DNA of 62,892 bases, filler included, from Phoronis australis (taxonomy: Eukaryota > Animalia > Phoronida): NCBI GenBank assembly GCA_002633005.1. It is 5 parts of 5 records of this genome, joined end to end, with 100 filler letters (N's around TTAATTAATTAA, not from the genome) between each part and the next. Parts side by side here need not be neighbours in the genome. Positions count along the whole stretch, not along the records: positions 1 to 8,807 come from NMRA01001865.1; positions 8,908 to 20,000 come from NMRA01001716.1; 3 more parts are not named here. One strand, written 5' to 3'. Made by a program: the position numbers and the translations under genes. The notes under the pieces were generated by a model. The model saw only the letters and a program-made list of their open reading frames with translations, had not been told where the DNA came from and ran no database searches. Positions 1-12,490 of the stretch are shown piece after piece (the stretch's first letter is position 1; each line of letters begins with the position of its first letter).

Positions 1-459
1 CAAGGAAAAACGGAAATTCGAAATTCTGTCATTCCGTCTAGTCGCCGTCTGTCTAATAGTCTGCCTGACTGTCAGCCCGTCTCTGTAACTACGCTGTCCA
101 CTGTTGGGGTAGTCGAGTCAAGTAAAGAATTCGGAAATCTGTTGTCAGAGCAGATTCCGAAGGAACTGAACGGATGCCATCATTGAGCAAAAGACAAAAT
201 TAATTTTTCATGAATGTTATAGTTTGACTTGTTGCTCACTAAGTCAATAGCACCTTCATAAACATACTAGTTTGATAGGAATCGGCAACAGATTTCGAAC
301 TTGCCCTGTAGTAATCCTGGTTTAAACTAGAAAATATGTCAACGCCTACCCATTTGGGTAAGCGCAACGTAAAGTCCTGAGTCTACGTGGCATGGTAATT
401 TCTACGCGTAGAATAACCTATTCCATGTTGTGAATAAGCATTTTTATACTATAATATCA

Positions 460-2385
460 ACAAAGCCGAGGCAAGTCGAGAAAGGTAGATCGATTCATTG
501 CAATGTTTCTCGTTCAGTATGTGGTATAAATAGATTATTACATGTTCTCAGTCGTTATTCCACTTATCTAGAGCCCTCGTGGAATTTGGAGAATTATCGC
601 CCTCCGAGCTGATACCCTCGGGAAATAGTTCTCCAAAATCCACTCGGGCTCTAATTTACGGGGGATAACGACTGATAACATGCAATAATCTATATGTAAG
701 AGCATAAAGGTACCGTAGTTTTCAAAATAAACTCGACAGCGTCGAAATGCGAAGTTTCGGCGCACAATGCCACGACTAGACATCGATTCATTTTTAGTAT
801 TAGAATCCGTTTCATTTCTGGCAAACTCCTGACAAAATCTCGACATGCGGTGCTCCATCCACGTCGCCGACATCGCGACAACTTGCTGCGTAAGTCCATT
901 ACATAATTATATAATTAACGCCTAGGTGCAATAACATCACACTGAATCAATCGTTTAACTTATGTAACACGTCCACTAGAACACATTAATAATAATAACA
1001 TGTAAATAATTATGAACAGAAGAGCCCACGATATATAAATTGGCAATAGATTTGCGTCCTCCTGTTAAAAAGCCTTAAATTTACATAAGTTTCGTAACAT
1101 GTGCGCAGTTACTAAAGTGCCATCAACTATATTTCTGATAGTACAGCTATATAAGCACGACACCAGAGGACGCTAACTAACTACATGTATAACCAGAATC
1201 CCGTTCAGTAACGCTAGGACCTCGCTAAAAAGCAAGACTTCGCGCGATTACGTGAGATAGAGCCTTGTATTTTGAATTAGATCACGTGACTTTGACTAGA
1301 TTTTAGCTAGGTCCTAGGGTAGATCCTGAACGCACGCCAGGTTAGGTACTCACTCACACCCTTGCATACACTCACTAATATGACCGAGGTCAGAGGAGTA
1401 AGAAACTCCTGACACGTGGCAAGTAAAATGGGATTGCATCTACAACAACATTGAAGTGACAACAAATACACGCCATTCATGAATGTTCAGTACGCGTTGT
1501 TCTACCTACTGTTGACATTGAAGTGAATTGAATGTGGTCAAGCTAGATAACTGAACGGCAGATTTCAATATGAGATACATAGTATTTCAATACGAGATCG
1601 TTTTTGGACAATCTGCACATATAAAGACTACTATTAGACAACAATTCTCCTTCCCAAGTTGACATTCCGTATATCTACATCTATTTCTGAATTCATTAAC
1701 AAACACCATACAAATCCTACAAAAGTTCGACAAACACGCTATTTTATTGCGACAAGTTTTCGATTAAACTGCTAAAAACTTCTGGCCTAATGTTCATCCA
1801 AGATTGGCAAAGTCTAGCGGAGTTCTTTCGAAGCTTGTCCAATTTATTTAGAAGAATATTGTGCTCGTTAAATATCCATTTGGCACTTCGCATGCTTCAT
1901 TAGGTATTGCAACTGCCGTTGGGATGGTTTTGATTTGCAAAATTTAGGTCAGATTGTGTTTCATTAGATTTTTACATGTAAGCCCGTGTCTGAATACTTA
2001 CAAACAAGATGCACGACTTGATTGTTACCTATCTCTCCACCAGGTAGCGCCATATATTGGGATGCATCATTTTTTTTCCAATACTGCTGAGGAGTAATAT
2101 TTCTCAGCGCTACGGACGAAAAGTTGTTACTCTTCGGTAGGACATGTTATGTGATAGATATAGATTATTACTTGGCGAAGTCGTTATCCCCCATTATCTA
2201 GAGCCCGAGTGGATTTTGGAGAATTATCGCCCGAGGGGCGTTATCCCCGAGGTCTGCAAAATCCACGAGGGCTCTAGATAAGGGGGATAACGACTGAGAA
2301 CATATACTAATCTATTTATACCACATACTGAACGAGAAACATTGCAATGAATCGATCTACCTTTCTCGGCTCGCCTCGGCTTTGT
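460..2385. mobile_element. Non-autonomous element with ~230-bp inverted arms (460-695 and 2158-2385), each containing a long hairpin
   Basis: acaaagccgagg...ggtagatcgattcattgcaatgtttctcgttcagtatgtggtataaatagatt at 460-537 is the reverse complement of 2308-2385. The shared palindromic block extends inward. Confidence 0.75.
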
Positions 2386-2894
2386 AACTAATTTCTATGT
2401 CAGAGGCCCGGGGTCGGAGGTCGTGACCTTTTAAGAAAAGCCGAGCTAATTTTGTCAAATAATGCTTTTTCTCAAAACCATTTGAAAATTTAAACAAAAT
2501 AGAAATAAAGTGAATCTGTAAATTAAGGTTTAGCAACTATTATAGCTTACTACACATTTTATCACGCTAAGCTTTGACGGGGAAAATATCGTCTGCTAAA
2601 GTAGGTTACCAATAGTAACTGAGTATCATGCTCAAGTCAAAGGATCTGGGTTTGTTATTATTTCTTTGTATGTTCTGTGTATCCTTCAATAAATATATAT
2701 CACAGTTAAGGATCCCGACGACACGATAACCGCATTCAAATTGGAGATCGGTGATTAACAAGTGAGAGAACACGAGAGAAAAATTTCACTGAATTAAGAT
2801 ATCGTTTTAAGTATTCTGTTTTCACATTCGATGACNTTCACTGAATTAAGATATCGTTTTAAGTATTCTGTTTTCACATTCGATGACGTCATCC

Positions 2895-2962
2895 GCTGAG
2901 TGGTAGTGGTAAAGTCGGCGATTCGAAGCTCTTGAGGCCCGGGTTCGAAACCGGCCTCGGTT
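2895..2962 (+). pseudogene. Degenerate tRNA-like sequence (SINE head or tRNA pseudogene)
   Basis: gctgag...ctcggt acceptor-like pairing, A-box-like tggtagtggt and B-box ggttcgaaacc. The D and anticodon arms do not fold properly. Confidence 0.45.
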
Positions 2963-3280
2963 TCCCACCAAAATGATATCTCACTAGTGAGATAACTAAA
3001 TGGGTTATTACACTGTTGTATCTGCCATTGGACGCTAATATTGTGGTATAAAAAGCATTACACTTCTTGAACAGTGTGACTTATTGAAGGCAAACGAAAG
3101 CAGTCATTTACCATCGCGGGCTACACAAACAAATCGAACCAGGATAGTTACAAAATACGGAACTCATGCATACAAAGTTAGCAAGGCAATATCACTACAA
3201 ACATTTCGTAATCTTTTTCCATCAAAGAAAACATGTATCACAACGCACTCAAGAACAAGTTTGTAAGGTTCCTCCAACGG

Positions 3281-3380
3281 TAGTGTGCTCCTTTAAGACA
3301 ACTTACTGTGCGTGAAGACGTGGACTGAGCACGTAATGCATAAGTAAGGAAATAATGAATATTTCACAAACTCAAAACCA
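3281..3380 (+). repeat. ~100-bp dispersed direct repeat, copy 1 (copy 2 at 6399-6500)
   Basis: tagtgtgc.cctttaagaca...actgagca.gtaatgcataagtaaggaaa..atgaatattt...aaactcaaaacc occurs at both sites. Confidence 0.8.
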
Positions 3381-6300
3381 TCTTTTGAAATAATTTGCAA
3401 CTTGAAGGAGAGTGGATCGGACTGGTGTTCAGTACAAATCAAAATAACCAGACACAATGAATGGGAGTAAATTAGAATGACCCGTCATGACGGGTAAACA
3501 TAGTTTCGTCTGGTTACTTTTGGCGTGTACTGTGGATTTACGATTTCCCACTTGCATATTGGTATGACTGCCGACTGTCGGTTGCTATGGCTACGTGAAA
3601 GTCTTCCCAGTTGAACAACTTGCAATTAATAAAACGATCGATTTTAAATCCATTACATAGACTATTCAATTCAGTCGAGACATTTCCAGATTTCTGCATG
3701 TGTCCACCCAATACACAACAAAACCCGTGGTGTACATGTATGGTACGATACACTTTATAAATAACAGACCCTTGAGCATTCACTCCAAGACATCAACTAG
3801 CTTATTCATATAAAAACATAACAAAATAATTTCCAACATGGCGGGTGTGTTTCTAAGTTTTCGAATGATTATCAGTTTTTGTTATGTGAATTTGCAATAA
3901 ACAAGTAAACAAATAAACACAAAAATCAACACCCCGACAATTTTGTAATATATGTAAGTTCTGACCGGAATGCGTTAAATAACACGGTTCATCCAATCTT
4001 TGACTGCAGCGAAATTTAGATTCTGCAATACATTTGATTTCGAAATTAAGGACGATAGCGGATGCAACCGAATTTGTCGACGCACTGTGGTTCAAGGGAA
4101 TGGATACATTTAATTCTCTTATGCAAGGAATTATTTTTGCTAAGGATTCCTGACTCGAAAGGGCCACTTGCTTTGATTGCCTTTTCAGAATGTGTGTGCT
4201 ACAAGAACACCTGCAGCCTACAAGGTATACCACGGACAGTCGCGAGAAAGGTTAGCGTGATCACGTGCTTGCCTTAAACACGTGGCGACATCTCGCGAAG
4301 ACTTACATGATCTTGCAATTTTAAGAGTTTTTTCGTTTACGGATAGCAGTCCTGCATATTGCAATGCTGTCGATTTATTATTTTGAGCTTGTATAATATT
4401 AATCAACCGTCTTAGAACCAGATAATGATCTGTTTGAACAAGTGCCGCACACGCTAAATTGTGAACTGCCTGCTCTGATGTTATGTTCCATGTAACTTCA
4501 TTAAGACGTTTATAAAACCCTAGAACAGAAGTAACAACATTTTTAAATGTTAAAACTTTTTGATAATTTTTACAAAAAAAAGTCTTGAATTACAAAAATG
4601 CTTCAAAAATAGTAAATGGTACACTTCAGCTCCCAATACAGGGTCAATTCGTTGCTATAGCAATGAAAAGATTATATGACACCCACATCTTTAACTGTTT
4701 CCTTTCAATCCCACCCCTCTCCACGTTTTATGATATGCATATTTAGCTATTGAGCTTTATCCACCTCGCGTCAATATCACTACAGAGCGTGTCGACAAAA
4801 CTGCCGAGCAGCGTGGGTTTTGCCTCCCCAGAGACCACCTATTCGATGGAGAAATGTAATTATTATATGAGTGTGTGCGGGTGTGTGCGCGCGCACAGGC
4901 GCGTGTGTGTAAATTTCCCTGTAACATTGCTATGGATGTGTTCTAACAGCGAATGGACATTTGATTCGTACGTGAACTGGTTTATGTGTCTGTCGAACAT
5001 GCCCGCGGCCCGTTTAGAAAAGACATTCGCTTTCATGATTTAAGTCAAAACTGCTCAATACATAATAGCTTGAGACCAGCAAATAAAGTCAAAGAAACAT
5101 TTCGTATTAATTCAAATAACTTGAACGCCGGTTTGCGAGCGCCATATCAGCAAGGTCAGGTATATGTAGGTAACTTGCTTAGGGGCTGCGCCGCTGTTGA
5201 ATACTGTCGATTTTCAGCAATGACCAGCTGTGGATGTCTTCGTTTTGTAAAAGCTACGCTGTGACACATGTAGGGTACGCACACATTAACCAGAAAACGG
5301 TAATAGCGGATGAAAAGTTCCTTACTGCGATGGAGTCGCGTTTTCATAGTTGCAATGAGCATACCAATTCAATTCTTCCCTTTTATGATGTAGAAACACA
5401 CACTGAATGACTGAATTAATTTCGAAAGGTAAGGCCGCCAAAACACTTTGGAGAATAACAAGATACTTGGCCCTTCCCACTTTGTCATTTTTATACTAGC
5501 GGCATCGTGACTCACAATTGTAACACAATTCAACTTTTTTGGATTAGAATAACGACCAACCAATTTGACATAAAATAACGAGAAACACGGCAGGACTGAG
5601 ACAACTGTCTTACGCATGCGTAGTGGAACGGCAAATTGGTGTTGTGGTATTTCGGTATACTCTTCTTGAGATTTGTTCGTGTGAAAGGTAAACACACAGT
5701 ATGGTAGATCTTATGGTTTATATAAGAAAAAACACCCGTATACATAAGACGTCATTAGCTATCTACCTCTCGCATGGATCGTGTACCAGCCGGGTCAGCT
5801 TAGAAAATACCGGAAATTAAACCGGCGACCGCCTTTTGACGTGTTTGAACTCTCAGTGAACGAATTGATAATACGAGGATTATTCTTTTGACTTTTCATT
5901 TTGTTGAGCTTGGACTTACCCTATATTATGCATGACGATAATTACGTGTTTCCTCTACTGAGTGCAAAGAAATCCCAGCTTAAAATTTATATAGAACACC
6001 ATGAGGGTCTAGCCTTGAAAACCTAATCGCTCTTACACAGTTTACCGCTGTTGACGTGGTCGCAACAGTTCAAGCAGTTACGAACCCTACGACCGTCAGA
6101 GATCAATTTTTTACTTTCAACTTACTGTCGTGCAATTGGTCTCAAATTGTTCCTTAATCAAATCACGCGTGATTTCTTGGCTTAAAAGGAACTGACAGTC
6201 CATTATTGCTTGAGACTAGTCTCCGTAATTAATTTGTCACGGCAATTCATTTTATTTACCCATCATAATCTTCTCCAACAACAAGCCGCCGGTTCTTTGC

Positions 6301-6398
6301 AATAGCAGTAGTCACTTTTCATCTGAGCTAACTAACCAAACTGTGACGATCGTAGCGCCACCTTGTCTTAGATGCTACTAACTGACATTTTTCAAAAT

Positions 6399-6500
6399 CT
6401 AGTGTGCCCCTTTAAGACATTTAACTTTGTGTGAACACATGAACTGAGCAGGTAATGCATAAGTAAGGAAACTATGAATATTTTGCAAACTCAAAACCTC
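6399..6500 (+). repeat. ~100-bp dispersed direct repeat, copy 2
   Basis: Matches 3281-3380. Confidence 0.8.
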
Positions 6501-8775
6501 CAATCGTTTTAATCAATCAGTTTTAAAATTGATTTTAAAGTGTTCTTTACTGAGATTTGAAGTGATTTATGTAATTTTATAAAATGTCATTGCACAATAC
6601 TCGACTCAATAATTTTGGCTTGATGCGGCGAGTCAAATTACACCCCGAGCATTGCCTCAAACCACATAGAGCTGTCAGACCTTTGCAAGCCCAAAATTAC
6701 TTCTAATCTCAATAGGGAACAAAGTGAGACCAATTTTTAACGATAAATACAAAGTTCCAGTTACACGTTGCGTAAGTTTGATACATTTCTTCGAGCCTTT
6801 TGGTTGCGTCCCATTCAGTTTTACAATCTTTGTCACTGACTTTTAAATAAAAAGTCTCCATCTCTCTATTTCAAATGTACAATTATATAAACGTTGTATA
6901 AATTTAGGGTTAAAAATGCTATGTCGGTGTAATCGGTGAGTGTTACTTCTTGTATTTTCGATTTTGCCTCCACAGTTTCTTCATCTTTTGTCATTATTTT
7001 CTCTGGTGATGAACCACTAACCAGAAAATTTACGAAATTACGAGTTTACGAATGTCAAAATATTTGCTGTTTATAAAATGCAGAATTGCAATTTTACAGT
7101 TATTATCACTTTTTATTACTTTTCAATAAAAATTCTAATTTAAACAATATGTTTTCATTTTCATATTGCATATTTGAAAGTTCATTTTTATTGAATAAAA
7201 ATCTTTGTCTCACGCAATGAGGAACATGGCGGATATTTGGGTGGCTGTAAGAATGACAATATTAACCATTTAAATAATTATTGGGTGTAATTAATTTTGA
7301 AAACATTAGATTTATACGTTAAGGTAACAGTATTTGGAAAGACGATCGGTGAATGTCGCCTCTGCTAAGAATCTTTTCAACGACAAATTTATTAACAACC
7401 ATGGAATAGAAAGAGTCACAAAACGTTTTGTTCGTCATTTACGAGATCATGTATATACTTGATATGCATTACTTTAGAGTAGTTAACATTTAACATGACG
7501 TTACGTTGCAGCATTAAAGTTCGTCTTAATCCATAACGCATCATCCCCGATAAAGAAAAAGTGTTCGCCTTCATGGCTTCCGTCTACTATCTCAGACTGT
7601 CTACTGTCATCGTTGTCTGATCGCGTGCAGATCTCTGCAAATAAAAGAATCGACGACCTTATTATTTATGTCAACCAAGCCACAATCTTCCTCGCGCACA
7701 GAAGGACCGGTAGTTAAGGCCTCCTTTATGCAGTGTGTCAGTGATGTTATCAATGAAATGTTCGATTATTCCATCGAGCTGTGACGTCACTGACGGCGAC
7801 TGATGGAACTCGATTTCACTCTCGCCGGAAGACAAGACAAGGTGTGGCAGTTGCAGCCGGAGAAGGGCAAGAGAGAAGGTAGAGTTTTGCAGGTAAGGCA
7901 CGGCGTTTGGAAAATGCAGGTTACGTCTTTGGATTATATTGGTTAGTATACTGAACTCGTATTCTTATAACTAGCTGAATTTCCTCATTCAGTTACTTTT
8001 AGCAAAATAATTAGCCGTGATATTTTGCATCGTACTGATCATGTGACTTTACAAAAAGTCAACTACATAGACGTATGGTACTGAGCGTATTTCAGTTTGG
8101 CAAAACGAAATTGCAGAATAGAGCTTTCAGCGCTGTACTTAGTGTTAATATTCAAGATGTGCATTAATGCCATCAACATCACGAAATTTCGCCATTGAGA
8201 TGCACAGTATTAGCGCATCAAAGAGGCAACTCATATGAACGTTTAGGTTCAGTGGCGTAGGCTTAGAAAAATTGTGGGGGACGCTGAACATAAAAAGAAC
8301 CAATGACGTAAACACTTAGTACTGCACGCCGTGACAACACAAACAGCAGAACCCTGTCTCAAGAAACAACGAACTCAGTGCCAGTTCTTTCCAATTCCAA
8401 AATTCAAACCTATTTTTATTGAGGGACAATTAGATGACAATTTTTTGGATGTAAGAAAGAAGAAGGGTTTAAGGCGGCTTCCAATTTAGACTACGTGACT
8501 GAAATGATATTTTACTGTGGAGAGTGCTCCTTGGCTGGAAAACGTGGGTGACGACGTGCCGCGTAAATCCCTCAACCACAAACTTATCCTGCTTATATAT
8601 GATCGCTGACAGGTCAAGCGGGAGAAAGATGGACGCAGCTTTTCCCAAGCCCGTTTAGTCGTTAACGCTTCTGTAGGATTTTGGTCCAGGTTTAATCTTT
8701 GTACAAGAAATCGAACTCGAAACTATTTTTGATATTTTGCGACGTACGTTTTGTACGAGCGTAAGATAAGCGTTT

Positions 8776-8807
<32 letters not shown>
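8776..8807. repeat. (CAT)n microsatellite at a gap edge
   Basis: Directly visible. Confidence 0.95.
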
Positions 8808-9434
8808 NNNNNNNNNNNNNNNNNNNNNNNNNNNNNNNNNNNNNNNNNNNNTTAATTAATTAANNNNNNNNNNNNNNNNNNNNNNNNNNNNNNNNNNNNN
8901 NNNNNNNCATGTCGGCTGATGATTGGCATGTTTGATAAGAACAGGTACGAAAATGGTTACATTATTACGTACTAGGTTGGAAATTTTAAAAAGACATAAA
9001 ACCCGCTTTAACCAATTATGGTACATTGCGGTAATTTGTCTCTTGTTTAGCACACAATATGGCTGACAAGAGGAATTCCATTTTGCTAAACTTCTCCTGA
9101 CCACAAAAGTAAACTTTAAAGACATTTTAGTCAAGTATGAGCATGGTTCGCAGTATGTAGGTGTCGTAAAGCAACATTTGCTGAATTTCCAACTATTTGC
9201 AAAAAGGTAGTCAGCTATTGAAAAATGACCATTTTTGTGATTATACTAATACCCATACCCGTACTAATACTAATAAATTAATAGAATCGTACGGGTAAGG
9301 AGAAATATAAAAAAACATAAAAACAGAAGACAAAAAAGTAAAAGTAAAAGTGCAAGACAGGGATAACATAAAAAGTCTTTGACTTTTTTATATTAAGGTC
9401 CAGTCGTGGCATAATGCAGATCAATTGAAATAAA

Positions 9435-9664
9435 TCAGTTTCTGGACTTATTGTATACTAATGATAACGTAGTGTCCCCATATCGGAGACTTCTACAGAT
9501 CATCTGAAGCCGAAGTGTTTGTGTGTCGGCATTGTGTCTCAAGCCATGTGACAACAATCTCCGCCAATGCCGACATACCAGCACTTTGGCTTCAGACAAT
9601 CTGTAGAAGTTTCCAAGATGGGGACGCTTTGTTATCATTAGTAAACAGTAAGTCCAGAAATTGA
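9435..9664. mobile_element. MITE with ~34-bp TIRs
   Basis: tcagtttctggacttattgtatactaatgataac ... gttatcattagtaaacagtaagtccagaaattga are reverse complements with 3 mismatches. Confidence 0.75.
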
Positions 9665-10969
9665 GTTTTTCATTTGCATTTCCTTACTGTACTTAGTTAA
9701 GTACAATTTCTGTCCTTGGAAAGAACTGACAGTTCGTAATTGCTTAAAGCCACAAATGGCCATGTCACTACAGATAGTTTCATGCTCTTTGCATGCTCTT
9801 TAGCAGCCACGAATGACTAGTAATAAGCTCAGAAATCACTTCTTGTATGAGTGAGGATCAAATTGAGACTAGTGTTATAGCAGTAGGTAGTCTCAATTTT
9901 CTGTAAAAGTTACTTTTTATTGACTTAAAAACTGCACAGCATTAGCTTGAAGAGGGGTTTCACTAAGACTAAATAACATAATTAGAAATAAAAACAGATT
10001 GAATCCTACAATGAGATGGAAGGTGGGACTACAGCAGCTTTAAGACTTTTTGCGAGATTGGAAAGAAAGCAGACTTTTGTCCCACTTTTTTGCCGTCATG
10101 TTATACTAACCTGTTGTTGCACAGAGGCAAGTCCCTCTGAGGTTTGTATTCTGGGCCTCCTTCACATTTCCACGTGCAGGGCTATAGATCTTTTGCAAGG
10201 TTACGTGCAACGAGGTAAATATTTTGCCCCGCTTTCCCCGCTCAGTTTGGAAGCCCGCAGGTTGTCTTTGCTGATTCAGAGACTGTTTTGTTTGCAGAAG
10301 TGGCACAATAGACATTCACGAGTTTGCCTCCCTGTGGAATTACATACAGGAATGGAAGAAGTGTTTCGATGGCTTCGACAGAGACCGATCGGGAAATATT
10401 GACGCCAATGAACTGGCCCAAGCATTCACGACATTCGGTTATCGTCTGTACGTCTTCTAATTATAAAAGCTGAAAATATTATATTGTACTGTACCTACCA
10501 AAAGTAATTATAGGACAAACATCTTTTCCCAGTCACAAGATGGTTAACAAAATTCCGTCAACAGTGACTGAATTTAGCTTGCTCTCAGTCATCTTCTATC
10601 TGATAATAAGATCTGAAAAGATTCCCAGCAGATTCTCTCTTAACGTTAGTATTAAAAAAGCAAAATAGCACTTGTCGACGATGCAACCATTGTGTGGATT
10701 ATGTCATGAGGTAGGGAATCTACACGTATAGGATGTATATAATTATTTGATGGCAGTGTGCACAACCTGCATTTGTGTATTGACAGAGAGTAGCATTAGT
10801 CTTTTGGTCTTATTTGTAGGATAAATACTAAACTAAACAAATTATTGTATTTCTTATTTCCAATGAATTACATAGTAATCACTAGGTACATCATCAAAAA
10901 CTTTGAAGTAACGCATATATAATGCATAAAGATTTAATAAGTGAGAATTATTAAGTGTCATACAGGCAC

Positions 10970-11028
10970 TACTTAACTTTAAGTCAGATGATGTGACTAC
11001 ATAGTACCTGTATGAGACTAATAACTCG
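10970..11028 (+). mobile_element. 5'-truncated copy of the same SINE
   Basis: acttaactttaagtcagatgatgtgactacatagtacctgtatgagactaataactc matches the SINE 3' body. Confidence 0.55.
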
Positions 11029-11299
11029 GACTCATACACCTTATTCACGCAGTCGCCATTTTAAAAGTGAGCCTTCCGCACTTAATCACAGTGTATAGTG
11101 TGATTTTGTTCTAGTACCTCGTTATATTTATATCTCAAATGCATTGCTTTTTAAACCTAAAAAGAGGCTCACTGTTAAAATGACGACGGTGAATAAGGTC
11201 TATGTGATGCCAACACACTGGTTTATGACAACACAATTACATGCTCTCCTAAGTTTGGGTGGGATACCATTTATTAAGTTTGTTTGCATTTCTGTATTG

Positions 11300-11452
11300 G
11301 ACTGGTGGTCCCAGTGGCTCAGTGGACTGGAGCCTCTGCACGGTTAGCAGAAAGTTCCGGGTTTTAGTCCCAGTTACGACAAAAATCTTTTCATGCTTAG
11401 CTGGAAGTCACGTGATGTGACCACATAGTGCGTGTATGAGACTAATAATTCC
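11300..11452 (+). mobile_element. tRNA-derived SINE copy
   Basis: A box tggctcagtgg, then ggttagcagaaag, degenerate B box gggttttagtccc, and a body (gtcacgtgatgtgaccacatag...gagactaataattc) shared with the 10970 and 55595 copies. Confidence 0.65.
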
Positions 11453-12490
11453 TATTTACATTATGCCAACACTATAATTTATAACACAATTATATATAAT
11501 AATAATTTGATTTCAAAATACATGGCTTGTGTTTGTGCTATTTCATTTTTGACAATGTTCCTATTGATAATTGTGTTCCTTTTCATTATTTGTTGTAAAA
11601 ATACAACAAAATATTAATGTCATTTTCTCTCAATATTCTCTTGATAGACGATTCAATATTACCGTATCTCAAGTTTTTAGCTTTCGTATTTCTCGTCTGC
11701 GCTCTTTCATTTCAATCTTCGTTTCAGATCACCACAGTTTTGCAACCTCTGCGTCCGTGTGTTTGACAAAAACAACATCAACAGTATGCAATTCGATTCA
11801 TTCATTCAGTGCTGTGTCATGCTGAAGACACTGACAGACAAATTCCGTGGAAAAGACACCAATATGTCTGGCGTAATTAACATTGGTTATGAGGAGGTAG
11901 GTATCTGTCCGAGTTACAGCCTATTAGTGGTGCAATGAACTGGCGCCCTCTTTCAGATAACAACTTCAATCTTATTTAGGCCACTAACTATTACAGAATC
12001 GCTTAGATTATGGTAAAATTTCACCCATTTTGGACAAAAATAATTTTTGGAATTGCCCTTTTTCCATTTTCAAGGGATTCTAACATGGTTTTGAATGTCC
12101 ATAATTTCTCCAAATATTTCCTGGTGGTAGCTGTGGTGCACAAGCTGAACATGGAATAGCATAGTTACAATATCTGTTTGAGAATGAAAGGAGAAAATGA
12201 AGTTTCACTTGTCAGCCATATTGTGTACCAAGTTGGTGAAATTTTACCGTAAAAATGATTTGTAACAGAGCTTGGAATTTTTCTCTTTTAATAGGAATTC
12301 CTCTTGTTTGGTTTTGATTTCCTCTTATTTGATTTCCAGAATCCTCTTTTTTCGTCTCTTCTTTTTCATTATTTTAACTTTATTTTTGCCAAAATGTTCA
12401 TTTCAGTTCAATTTTACAACACAAAAAGTATTTCTATCACACAAGCCTATTTATTTGTGGAATGATACCTCACCTGGAAAATTTTCCTGT

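Noticed and set aside
2785-2887. Exact ~51-bp tandem duplicate separated by a single n
   Set aside because: Unmerged contig overlap; assembly artefact.
2895-2962. Functional tRNA gene (also the tRNA-like stretch at ~52600-52665)
   Set aside because: Only A/B boxes and partial stems are present; no complete cloverleaf.
8852-8863. TTAATTAATTAA embedded in N runs (also at 20045, 51685 and 60243)
   Set aside because: Artificial scaffolding linker with stop codons in all frames; not biological.
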